From positions 1 through 45,747 of the forward strand of contig JAEOUE010000230.1 of assembly GCA_016839515.1 (NCBI GenBank): DNA of 45,747 bases, given 5' to 3'. Every line of letters begins with the position of its first letter. The first letter of the stretch is position 1. This DNA is from Candidatus Hodarchaeum mangrovi (GTDB lineage: Archaea > Asgardarchaeota > Heimdallarchaeia > Hodarchaeales > Hodarchaeaceae). The notes beneath the pieces are model-generated. The model was not told where the DNA came from, did no database searches, and saw only the letters and a list, made by a program, of their open reading frames with translations. A program made the position numbers and the translations under genes. Of this stretch, positions 18,863 to 28,218 are shown piece by piece.

Positions 18863-20530
18863 TTATGTAACATTCTGTTCGAAGTTTATTGAGGGAGCAA
18901 GATGACCAAAAACTTCTTCTGCAATATCAACTGCTCCATCAAATAAAGATCGGGAGCCATTCCATGTTTTTAATGTTTCAGAATATCTAGCAACAAATTT
19001 TTCAAGGAATTCTTTCAACGCAAACTGAAGCTCAGGATCTTGTTTATTACTAAATATAGCAGCAGAAGCACCTTTCTTTTTTTCAGTCAAAATAAAATGA
19101 TGTCCATGCTGAACAAGATTTAAATCGCCTTTCTCTTTCATTGTTTCGCTCATAAAGGAGGCGACAGCAGTTAATGCCCCTGCTAGAAGTGTTAATTCAA
19201 CTGAGATCTCAATCTTTTTTTGGAATAAGTAATCGAAGATTGGTAATCCTCCTTCTTCCATTACTAGTAAGAGTGTGAAGTCTAATGGTTTATAGCTATC
19301 AGAAACCCAAAATAAAGGAAACGCAGAAAGAATTGCCAGTATTATCAGTAAATAAGTAAGAAATTCAATATTTCCACCAATTGGAACAATAATCCATTTT
19401 CCTAATCCCGATCCAACCCCTAATCCTAATGTTAGAGAGATTAAACCTAGAGAAAAATATCTTCCTAGTCCATCACGAGGTGATAGATCAGCCCAAATTG
19501 AGGAATCAAGAGTAGAATGAATAAAAGCAAATGAAATCCCAAGAATCATCGCAGAAAGCAGATAACTTTCAAAACTTTCTCTTTGCAGACCAAAAATCAA
19601 TGTCGAGAAAACGATGCCATATATTGTAACAACAATAAGGCTTTTTCGCCCTATTCGATCAGCAAAATATCCTGCAGGCAGTATTGCTATTAAATCACCT
19701 AGTAAGACAATAAACCAATAAGTTTTATCAGTAGGTAATTCAAATTGACCAACACTGGGAATAGTTACGCCTAAATCAACATTAAATTCCATCCCAATTT
19801 TAGAGAAACTCGTAATTACAAGTCCAACCATTGCATAAAGTAGGAAATGAGTGATTAAATAAGCCTTTACAGACCGTCTTCCAACAATTTTACCAAATTT
19901 AGTTGGCCATTTATCATTTTTCCAAGGAGTTCCTAAATCTCTGGATATTAAGAAAAAAATTAGGGTCAATAGGAATCCAAGAACTCCTATTATTGGCAAA
20001 ATTACAGCCCAGCTGTGGCTAAATAGCTCTGTATCAGTAAATCGATGAGAAATTAGCCCTCCTACTATAATACTAATAAGCGTGAGTATTATAAAAGAAA
20101 AAATAACAACTGAATAAGTCTTTCCCCTACTCCACATATCAGTAAGACCACCAAACAAAGTACCGCTACTTGATAATAATATTGCAAAGGAAATAACTAG
20201 ACAGGTTAAAGAAAGAAGTAAGATGAAGCTTTGATCGATCGTAAATGTAAAAAAAATTATTGAAATAGAACTTCCTAACATACCGATTATCGTAGTAAGA
20301 CGTAATCGTTCAGGATATTTGTCTAAATAAGCACCAGTAAAATATAGTGCTATTATAACCAAAATTAAAAAGAAACTTAATAAAACAAGTCCAAAGCCTG
20401 AAAAGGGATTATTTGGAGAGTTTTCAACATAATCTAAGATGTCAAATAAATAGATTAAAAGGAGGAGAGAAGCTAAAATCCAAGAGAAGATCGAGGGAAT
20501 TGTTATTGTTAGTATAGTTTTAACTTTCAT
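18863..20530 (-). CDS. MFS transporter fused to a C-terminal longin-like domain (paralog A)
   Basis: About 12 TM helices, MFS motif A GYFADRIGRK. The soluble C-terminal ~135 aa read LLLVMEEGGLPIFDY...LLAGALTAVASFMSE...AAIFSNK...LKEFLEKFVARY...WNG...F. Confidence 0.82.
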   Translation of the reverse strand: MKVKTILTITIPSIFSWILASLLLLIYLFDILDYVENSPNNPFSGFGLVLLSFFLILVIIALYFTGAYLDKYPERLRLTTIIGMLGSSISIIFFTFTIDQSFILLLSLTCLVISFAILLSSSGTLFGGLTDMWSRGKTYSVVIFSFIILTLISIIVGGLISHRFTDTELFSHSWAVILPIIGVLGFLLTLIFFLISRDLGTPWKNDKWPTKFGKIVGRRSVKAYLITHFLLYAMVGLVITSFSKIGMEFNVDLGVTIPSVGQFELPTDKTYWFIVLLGDLIAILPAGYFADRIGRKSLIVVTIYGIVFSTLIFGLQRESFESYLLSAMILGISFAFIHSTLDSSIWADLSPRDGLGRYFSLGLISLTLGLGVGSGLGKWIIVPIGGNIEFLTYLLIILAILSAFPLFWVSDSYKPLDFTLLLVMEEGGLPIFDYLFQKKIEISVELTLLAGALTAVASFMSETMKEKGDLNLVQHGHHFILTEKKKGASAAIFSNKQDPELQFALKEFLEKFVARYSETLKTWNGSRSLFDGAVDIAEEVFGHLAPSINFEQNVT

Positions 20531-20662
20531 TCTTTCACTATCCTAATCTGGGAATTTTTTATTCTTATGACTAAGATTAGTCTCATAACAGAAATTATCT
20601 CTATATATTACAATTTAATCTTGATAATAGCGAATCATTTTTCCATATAGAAAAACTTGTTG

Positions 20663-22246
20663 CTACCAACTTTTACCACTTCGAGCTGGGATTAATGGAC
20701 CAAATATTTCCTCTGCGTCTTGAACTGCAGAATGAAAAATTGAAGACAAACCAATCCATTTTACAATATCCTGTTGGAATCGTAAACAAAATCTAAAAAC
20801 AAATTTATCAAGATTCTTTTTTATTTCAGAATCTAATTTGTTTGTAAAGATTGTTCCAAAGATTGTTTTTCCATCCACAGTTTTTACTTTAGATTGAATA
20901 ATAAAAACATTACCATGGCGAACCAAATCTAAACCACTCCCTGAATTTTCATCAATTGCTTCAAATATTGTACCTAAAGCTGATAATGCTCCACTAACCA
21001 ATGTTAAATCCTTTCGAGATATATCATCTTGAGATTCAAAGTCATGATGAAACATCAAAATACCACTAGTTGAAACAAGTAAAAGGTAAATTTCAAGGGG
21101 TTTATAGGAATCAGCAATGAAAAATAAAGGTGATAAACTCAAAACAGCCAGTGCAATTAATAGATATGTAACTATATCAATTCTACCTAATGGTGAAATT
21201 AAAAATCCAATTATAAAACCTAATCCAATCCCCTGTAATAATGAAGTAATATTTAATGCAGAATAACGACCAATTGAATCTAAAGGGGCTAGATCTGCCC
21301 AAACTCCACTATCTATCGAAGGATGCATCATTGAGAAACTTACCCCTAATATAATAGCAGATACATAATACACAACATAAAAATCAGTAACTGCACCAAT
21401 TAAAACTGAAAAAACAATCATATAAGTTCCAAAAACAAATAAATCTTTTCTCCCAATACGATCAGAGAGTTTTCCCATTACTATAACTGAAAAAAGATCC
21501 CCTAAAAATACAAGAACCCAGAATAGATTTGGTTCAATGACCATTTGAGAAATTGTTGTGAAGGCTACCCCAAGCATTATATAAGTTAGGAGATGAGCTA
21601 TTGTATAAGCTTTAACGGATCTTCTTGTTATTATTTTCCGTGTAGAAGTAGGAAATTGATCATTAACCCATAGAAATTTAGTCTTAGTATAATAAAAAAT
21701 AATAATTGATGCAATTAAAGAAAAACATCCTATGATAAACAGCGGGACATCAACATTTGATTTTAAGATTTCAAAAATAATAATAAAAATTAATGCAATA
21801 AACATGCTAGTAAATACAGCACAAGAATAAATAAAACCTCTATCAGTAGACTTTATATTAACTGTAAATATTGAATGAGCTGCAACAGCAAGTATTCCTA
21901 GACTAAATCCTAAAAATGGTAATCCAATTATTATAAAGTGATTGAACGATAAACTGAAAGCGGTACAAATGAGAGAAAGGCCATTTAATAATAATGATCC
22001 AGCTATAAGCTTTATAGTATAGGTAGGTTGTTTATCAATAAAGTAACCACTTCCTACTATTGAAAGAGTTGAAATACCAGTTATTATAAATAATAAAAAA
22101 GTCCCAAAACTCGTAAATGGATTTGACATTTCTGTTAACGGAATGGAATCTAATAGCTCAAAACCATATATGAATATGAAGAGAGAAGTTTCCAACCAGA
22201 CTAATGTAACAGGTAATAGGATTAAAAATAGTTCAAATTTCCGCAT
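20663..22246 (-). CDS. MFS transporter fused to a C-terminal longin-like domain (paralog B)
   Basis: About 12 TM helices, motif A GKLSDRIGRK. C-terminal domain reads LLLVSTSGILMFHHDF...LVSGALSALGTIFE...TIFTNK...LDKFVFRFCLRF...WIG...F. Confidence 0.82.
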   Translation of the reverse strand: MRKFELFLILLPVTLVWLETSLFIFIYGFELLDSIPLTEMSNPFTSFGTFLLFIITGISTLSIVGSGYFIDKQPTYTIKLIAGSLLLNGLSLICTAFSLSFNHFIIIGLPFLGFSLGILAVAAHSIFTVNIKSTDRGFIYSCAVFTSMFIALIFIIIFEILKSNVDVPLFIIGCFSLIASIIIFYYTKTKFLWVNDQFPTSTRKIITRRSVKAYTIAHLLTYIMLGVAFTTISQMVIEPNLFWVLVFLGDLFSVIVMGKLSDRIGRKDLFVFGTYMIVFSVLIGAVTDFYVVYYVSAIILGVSFSMMHPSIDSGVWADLAPLDSIGRYSALNITSLLQGIGLGFIIGFLISPLGRIDIVTYLLIALAVLSLSPLFFIADSYKPLEIYLLLVSTSGILMFHHDFESQDDISRKDLTLVSGALSALGTIFEAIDENSGSGLDLVRHGNVFIIQSKVKTVDGKTIFGTIFTNKLDSEIKKNLDKFVFRFCLRFQQDIVKWIGLSSIFHSAVQDAEEIFGPLIPARSGKSW

Positions 22247-22330
22247 TTCTGATCACAAATAGTAATCAAAGCATAAGTAGAAATTTGGTAATTTAAATTA
22301 TTTTAGCTATTACATTCCCTGGAGAGAAAT

Positions 22331-23380
22331 TTGAAAATGCTTGAAAATGAATTATTCAAAAAAATAAAAATGTATAATGAAGTATTTGGCCCAGTGGGGA
22401 GAGAAGAGCAAGTACAGGAGTTAGTAAAGAAAAATTGGGAAAAGTTTGGAGTCTTAACAAAATTTGATAATATTGGGAACCTTTTTGGACGAATTGATGG
22501 AATAGGTCGGCATTGGGCCATCGTAGTTCACGCTGACTCTATAGGTTTTATAGTCCAACAAGTTCTTGATGATGGTTTCATAAAATTATCGTTTAATACA
22601 GCTGCAACAACCCCTGATGCGAGATTCTTATCTGGAGTACCACTAAAATTCTTTACACGAAAAGATACTATCGTAAAAGGGTATTTTGGTTTAAGAAGTG
22701 GTCATATAGCTGGTATCGAAGGTAAAGTAACACCTATTCTTTTCGAGGATCTCTTTGTTGACATTGGTGTTTCATCCAAACAAGAGGCGATAGATCTAGG
22801 AATCGACATTGGAACTCCCGCAGTTTTTGATATTGAGGTGAAAACAATTCAAAAAAATCTTGTTGGTCCCTCTATGGATAACCGAATAGGTTTAGCTGTT
22901 CTTAACTTACTGTTAATGGAATTAGTCAAACTAGAAAAAAAACCTAATCTTACTCTTATTTCAACGGTTCAAGAAGAAATGGGTTTAAAAGGAGCTACTG
23001 CAGCTGCCAAATCAGATCAGTTTGATACAGTAATAGTATTAGATATAGGATTATCAGGTGATATTCCAAATACTGATAAAGATTTTATCCCAACAGCTCT
23101 AGGAAAGGGCCCTATAATAGTTTATAAAGATTTTTCAGTGCATTATCATGATTCATTAATCAAAGAAATTGAAATATTGGCTGATACAGAAGCTATTCCA
23201 ATTCAGCGAGCAGTATTTAAGAATTATCGTACTGACGGAGAAGTATTTTTTATGGAGGGACATTCAACTGTGATGCTAGCAATTCCATGTCGCTATACTC
23301 ATACATACTTTGAAACAGTACGGAAAGAAGATATTTTTAATATGGTAAAATTAATCATCCATTTGATTAATCCAAAATAA
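22331..23380 (+). CDS. M42 family aminopeptidase (TET-like)
   Basis: GPVGRE, VHADSIGF, LFVDIG, MDNRIG, QEEMGLKGA, GKGP, PCRYTH. Confidence 0.9.
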   Translation: MKMLENELFKKIKMYNEVFGPVGREEQVQELVKKNWEKFGVLTKFDNIGNLFGRIDGIGRHWAIVVHADSIGFIVQQVLDDGFIKLSFNTAATTPDARFLSGVPLKFFTRKDTIVKGYFGLRSGHIAGIEGKVTPILFEDLFVDIGVSSKQEAIDLGIDIGTPAVFDIEVKTIQKNLVGPSMDNRIGLAVLNLLLMELVKLEKKPNLTLISTVQEEMGLKGATAAAKSDQFDTVIVLDIGLSGDIPNTDKDFIPTALGKGPIIVYKDFSVHYHDSLIKEIEILADTEAIPIQRAVFKNYRTDGEVFFMEGHSTVMLAIPCRYTHTYFETVRKEDIFNMVKLIIHLINPK

Positions 23381-23388
23381 CAGTTCAG

Positions 23389-25083
23389 GTGAGACAAGAG
23401 TCTATGATTAAAAATTTCACTTTAATTAAATTAGGTGGGAGTTTAATCACTTATAAAAAAGATGAACAGTTGATAAAAAGCTATTTAGATGAAATTAATA
23501 GATTTCTTCATAAATCATCTTCTCTTACAGCTCTTACTAAATCTATTTCTGATTTAACAAACTTTTTGACTTTAGAGAAGATATTTAAATCATTAAAAAA
23601 TTTCATTGACCGCTATCCTAATGAAAAGCTCATTTTAATTCATGGAGCAGGATCAATAGGGCATTCTTTAGTTTTATTTCTACAGAATTATTCAAAAAGT
23701 TTCAAAGACACTTATCCAATAGTTAAGCTTGCTGTAGGAATTCAAAATCAGCTAATCATCGGCAAAGCGATTCAATATGGCATTAATGCAATTTCAGCAC
23801 CTTCCCATCTGATTATACAAGGAGAATCAACACAAGGAATTTCAACAAAATATGGAGATTCACCAGATCTTTCACTTCTTGAAGAAATATTAAATAGTGA
23901 AATTTCTCCTATACCTTTTTTTTATGGAGATATAGGATATACAACCAATGGATGGAAGGTTTTTTCAGGGGACATTATTCCAGGCGCATTAGCACGAAAG
24001 TTCGTAAAATCACGTATTTCGCGAGCAATCTTTCTAACTAATGTCGAAGGTAAGAAAACAGGGATTTATTCCAAAGATCCAATTGATCCTTCTGCAGAAT
24101 TTGTAACAACAATTTTAGTATCTGAAAATAACATTGAATATCTAAATTCTAATAACAAAAAATTATTTTTCCATGCTCATGAAAGTTTATCTAATTATGA
24201 TGTAACAGATGCTATGACTGGTAAATTAAGAAATCTTGTAGAACTAGCTAGAACTAATACAGTCTCATGGGTTATAGGGCTTGAAGAGTTTAATCAAGCT
24301 TTAAATGGGGAAGTATGTGGCACAATAATCCGATCCAAAAGAGTCTATTCCAATTACTTAACATTCTATGGTATTGGTGATGCTTTTTCATCTGGAGGAA
24401 AAAATAGTTCTGCAATTTACTCTTGGATCGATAATAAAGGAATATTATTAGATTGTGGTCCCCAAACGCTTTCAACCTTAAAACGACATAAGAAAGGAAC
24501 AGGGGATATTGATTTGATTCTAATTTCTCATTTTCATGGAGATCATTTCGCTGGTTTACCTTTTATCTTACTCGAAGCAATGTTGCTACAAAGAAGAAAA
24601 AAGAAACTAACTATTATTGGTCCAGAAGGAACCAAAGAGCAAGTTGAAAATCTATTTAATCTACTTTACCCAAGTATTGCATCATTAGAAAAGGGATTCC
24701 CTTGTGAATATGTAATAATAAATGAAGATTTTCCAGTTGAATATGAGGGCATTAAAATTTCTGCATTTAAGATGAATCATACACTAGAAGCTTTAGGATA
24801 TCGAATAGAGGTTAAAAATAGTTCAGTTGCATATTCGGGTGACACAGGATGGACAAATAACTTAAAAAGTCTCGTTCAAGGTACTCAATTTGCAATAGTT
24901 GAGTGTAGCTTTCTAGAAATCGAATTAGAGTCACATTTAAATCTACAGGAAGCCTTAATTTTAGCGCCTCTCACCAAAAGGCTTGTTCTTACTCATCTAG
25001 GGCAGGATGTTCTTGATCAAACTTCAAAAATCAAAAGGGAAAAGATAATAATCCCAGTTGAAGGTCAAACGTTATGGTTTTAG
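23389..25083 (+). CDS. Fusion of an isopentenyl phosphate kinase-like (amino-acid kinase family) domain with an RNase Z-like metallo-beta-lactamase domain
   Basis: N-terminal IKLGGSLIT, IHGAGSIGH, FYGD, FSGD, DVTDAMTGK. C-terminal GIGDAFSSGG, LLDCG, ISHFHGDH, H in KMNH, YSGDT, ECS, SH, LTH. Confidence 0.82.
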   Translation: MRQESMIKNFTLIKLGGSLITYKKDEQLIKSYLDEINRFLHKSSSLTALTKSISDLTNFLTLEKIFKSLKNFIDRYPNEKLILIHGAGSIGHSLVLFLQNYSKSFKDTYPIVKLAVGIQNQLIIGKAIQYGINAISAPSHLIIQGESTQGISTKYGDSPDLSLLEEILNSEISPIPFFYGDIGYTTNGWKVFSGDIIPGALARKFVKSRISRAIFLTNVEGKKTGIYSKDPIDPSAEFVTTILVSENNIEYLNSNNKKLFFHAHESLSNYDVTDAMTGKLRNLVELARTNTVSWVIGLEEFNQALNGEVCGTIIRSKRVYSNYLTFYGIGDAFSSGGKNSSAIYSWIDNKGILLDCGPQTLSTLKRHKKGTGDIDLILISHFHGDHFAGLPFILLEAMLLQRRKKKLTIIGPEGTKEQVENLFNLLYPSIASLEKGFPCEYVIINEDFPVEYEGIKISAFKMNHTLEALGYRIEVKNSSVAYSGDTGWTNNLKSLVQGTQFAIVECSFLEIELESHLNLQEALILAPLTKRLVLTHLGQDVLDQTSKIKREKIIIPVEGQTLWF

Positions 25084-25089
25084 CTAGAT

Positions 25090-25323
25090 TTAATCGATTT
25101 TTAATAGAAACCAAATTATCCTTTTACTCCCTTCTTCTTTCACTTTATCAATTCTATATCCTACCTTCCCTTGCAACCGCAAGGTTGTTAATACATGAGG
25201 AATATTATCAGCACAATCGGTATTAAAAATAGCAACACGATTTATAATTTCCTCAGTTGTGGCTTCTTTTAACTCCTTTAATACTAATTCTATCCATTTT
25301 TCAGTTCCTGAAAATTCTGACAC
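25090..25323 (-). CDS. Small hypothetical protein, possible winged helix
   Basis: 77 aa; helices followed by LRLQGKV and a beta hairpin ending IIWFL. Confidence 0.5.
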   Translation of the reverse strand: MSEFSGTEKWIELVLKELKEATTEEIINRVAIFNTDCADNIPHVLTTLRLQGKVGYRIDKVKEEGSKRIIWFLLKID

Positions 25324-25702
25324 TTACTAAAGCCGCCTTCTAGGATAAAAAATCAAATATTTAGACATAAATAGAAATTTACCTTAGTTTGCGTTTTTAA
25401 TCAAATAAAGTTGGTTCCTTTTCATCTTAAGGATGCAGGCTAATAAATTCTTCTCAATACCCTAAAAAAAAATAAGTATTTTAATCTCTAATTCAATTTT
25501 TCAGAAATCTTGATTTAGAGTTCTTTTGAATCCTTTTAAAGGAAAAAGCTTAGGTTTACAATTAACTCTCAATTAAATATCATGAAAATAAAAGAATTGA
25601 TGGATGAAATTAGGAAAAGACAATCCTTTAAAATCAAGATATGATAAAGATTTAGCTAAATTTCTTCATCTATCTTAGAATTAAATCTAAAATAATTTTG
25701 AA

Positions 25703-26266
25703 GTGGATATCTTGAGTAAAGAAGTTAGGCACATATTGAAAATTTTGTTACTTGGAGATGGTGCAGTTGGAAAAACGTCCCTTATACTTCGGTACATCGA
25801 AAATAAGTTTAAGGAGGAATATAGCATGAGTCTCGGAGTTGATTTTCTCACTAAAACAGTAAAATTCATTGATGAACAAGATGTTCTCCGTACAGTATCA
25901 TTACAACTTTGGGATATTGCTGGACAGGCATCTCATGTGAGCTACGCTCATTTGTACCTTAGGGGGGCACATGGAGCGTTATATGTGTTTGATTTAACTC
26001 GAAAAGCTACTTTACTTCAGATTCAAGAACGATGGCAATCTCAAGTCCTTCGAGTATCTCCCAGGTGTCTTTCCGTTCTTATTGGGAATAAAGCTGATTT
26101 AAAAAAAGAACGTGAACCTACAAAGGCTGAATTAAAAAGAATTCAAGGAGCCATGCATGTTATTGAATATATTGAAACCTCTGCAAAAACAGGTAAGAAT
26201 GTGAATGAAGCTTTTGGGACTATGACGGCAAAAATTCTCAACGTAAATCCAAAAGAATTTCTTTAG
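25703..26266 (+). CDS. Rab-like small GTPase (Ras superfamily)
   Basis: G1 GDGAVGKT, switch I SLGVDF, G3 WDIAGQ, G4 NKAD, G5 ETSAK; no C-terminal Cys prenylation motif. Confidence 0.95.
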   Translation: MDILSKEVRHILKILLLGDGAVGKTSLILRYIENKFKEEYSMSLGVDFLTKTVKFIDEQDVLRTVSLQLWDIAGQASHVSYAHLYLRGAHGALYVFDLTRKATLLQIQERWQSQVLRVSPRCLSVLIGNKADLKKEREPTKAELKRIQGAMHVIEYIETSAKTGKNVNEAFGTMTAKILNVNPKEFL

Positions 26267-26286
26267 TCACTATAGGAGAAATATTT

Positions 26287-27060
26287 ATGTCTTTAGACGA
26301 GTTCAAAACTATTAAAGCATTTTTTATTTTTCAAAAGGATAGTGGTAACACAATTTTAACACGTTCATATGAAATAGATAAAACAACTACACCAGATCCC
26401 CATCTAGTAGTTGCTTTTTTATCTGCAATGTTCTCCTTTGCTAGATCCTCAGGATCACTTAGTGATCTAAAAGTTGTCGATATGACTGATATTCGTTTTT
26501 CATTTATTGAAAAAGAGGGATTAGTCTTTGCAATATTAGCTTCCCCTTTAGTTTCACCCTTGGATTTACAGTTCAAACTTACAACAATAGCAAGTCTTTT
26601 TTTAGCGGATTATGGAGAAGAAATTAATACAATGCATATTATTGATACTGATGCTTTTGTTTCTTTCATTGGAAAGGTAGATGAGATTTTTAAGGGCGAA
26701 ACCCGAGAGATGCTTAGTTCATCGAAAAACGCTGCTTTATTTTATTTAAAAAAATTAGTTCACAACCCTGATATAGGAGCACGAGGAGCAATGGTTGTTT
26801 CTTTCACTGGGGATATTCTTCTTGAATATAATATGGATAAAGAACGAATGGCTGGAGCAATCCGCATTCTAAATGTTAGTACCTACATGCGGAATCCGAA
26901 TTATCTTGTTGTGTCATCAGAATCGACTCATCTAGTAGCATATAAAATCTCGGAGGGTTTAGTGCTCTACGTTGATGGTGAGCCAAAATCAGGACTTGAG
27001 AATCTTGTTGTCAAAGTTTCAGATACAGTCAGACAGATTAAGGAGATAATTCCTTACTAA
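26287..27060 (+). CDS. Longin-like plus roadblock-like two-domain protein
   Basis: N-terminal FFIFQKDSG..ILTRSY...LVVAFLSAMFSFA...LVFAILAS...FLADY (longin pattern). C-terminal ARGAMVVSFTGDIL...LVAYKISEGLVLYV...VRQIKEII (roadblock pattern). Starts 20 nt after the GTPase stop. Confidence 0.7.
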   Translation: MSLDEFKTIKAFFIFQKDSGNTILTRSYEIDKTTTPDPHLVVAFLSAMFSFARSSGSLSDLKVVDMTDIRFSFIEKEGLVFAILASPLVSPLDLQFKLTTIASLFLADYGEEINTMHIIDTDAFVSFIGKVDEIFKGETREMLSSSKNAALFYLKKLVHNPDIGARGAMVVSFTGDILLEYNMDKERMAGAIRILNVSTYMRNPNYLVVSSESTHLVAYKISEGLVLYVDGEPKSGLENLVVKVSDTVRQIKEIIPY

Positions 27061-27077
27061 AAACAGGGGAATTATCC

Positions 27078-27572
27078 TTGCTGAAGGAAAACCCTACAAA
27101 GGATTTAATATATTTTCGTAAGGCTAAAATGAATGAAATTTCTTCAATTGAAGATATTTTACAGGAAGCTTATCAACCAATTGTTAAAACTCTTTCTCGC
27201 CTTCCTGGGGCTTTAGTTGAGACAAAAAGAAAATTATTAGATGATTTTCATAATAATTCTCTATTTAGTATAATCCACAACAATAAAAACATGATTGGCA
27301 CTTTTTCATTGCGAAAAATTAATAAAAATATCATGAAACTTTATCATTTTGCAATTGATCCCTCCTTTCAACATCAAGGATTTGGTAAAAATATCTTGAA
27401 CCAAATAAAGGAGGAAATTAGGAACAAGCACCAAGAAATTAAAATTTTAGCCGTTGAAGTCTATCAGAAAACACCAGAGTTACTAAGGTTTTATGAGAAA
27501 GAAGATTTTATTTTATTTGATGAGAAAACAATAAATCTTGAGAAAATATTGATTCTACATCATGGAATTTGA
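27078..27572 (+). CDS. GNAT family N-acetyltransferase
   Basis: FAIDPSFQHQGFG (motif A) and LRFYEKEDF. Confidence 0.88.
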   Translation: MLKENPTKDLIYFRKAKMNEISSIEDILQEAYQPIVKTLSRLPGALVETKRKLLDDFHNNSLFSIIHNNKNMIGTFSLRKINKNIMKLYHFAIDPSFQHQGFGKNILNQIKEEIRNKHQEIKILAVEVYQKTPELLRFYEKEDFILFDEKTINLEKILILHHGI

Positions 27573-27683
27573 TGAAAATTTTTTTTTGATTTTCTCACCA
27601 AAATGTTATTTAAATCACAAAAAAGCTGTTCTCTTAACATTAATCATTGAATTACTCCCTTAAAGATTATTGAAGGTGTCTAA

Positions 27684-28160
27684 ATGGAAGATTATAAAAG
27701 TAAATCCCCTTTCAATGCCTTTCCGTATAAACATGCTCTACAAATTATTGATAAATTAGAATATTTAGGTGAAGAAGCAAGTCCTTATGAAATATCTCCT
27801 GGAACGGATTTATGCATTAGTGATACATACTATACATTAGGATTTTTTAATTATCTTCATGCCTTTGGAAAAGTTGTTAAGGATGGGGAAATATGGAATT
27901 TAAATCCTAAAGGAGAACCAATCCCTGAAAAACCTTATAGATATGCCCTAATTGAAGATGCTGTTAAAATTTTAAATATATTGCATTCTGGACCTAAAAG
28001 CTTAGAAAAGATAGCTGATGAATTGCCAGATTTCTCAAAGACTGAAATAGAAGAATATCTCAATGTCTTAGCTGCATTAGCGCAAAAAGGAAAAGTCAAA
28101 CAAATATCGAAGGGATGGGACGCAACTTTTGCACTTACTGAATGGACATCTAATGATTAA
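27684..28160 (+). CDS. Hypothetical protein, probable tandem winged-helix domains
   Basis: Two internally similar halves, each ending in GKV...W; GPKSLEKIADEL HTH-like segment. Confidence 0.55.
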   Translation: MEDYKSKSPFNAFPYKHALQIIDKLEYLGEEASPYEISPGTDLCISDTYYTLGFFNYLHAFGKVVKDGEIWNLNPKGEPIPEKPYRYALIEDAVKILNILHSGPKSLEKIADELPDFSKTEIEEYLNVLAALAQKGKVKQISKGWDATFALTEWTSND

Positions 28161-28218
28161 GCCTTCAAAGTGTAATTGTCGTTCTTAAGCCTAAATTACC
28201 TTTTTGAGTTGAATTCCA

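Noticed and set aside
25324-25702. Scattered inverted repeats in the 380-bp gap upstream of the GTPase (e.g. ATCTTGATTT/AAATCAAGAT, TTTAGCTAAA)
   Set aside because: Short and AT-rich, expected by chance; no MITE-like ends or target duplication seen.
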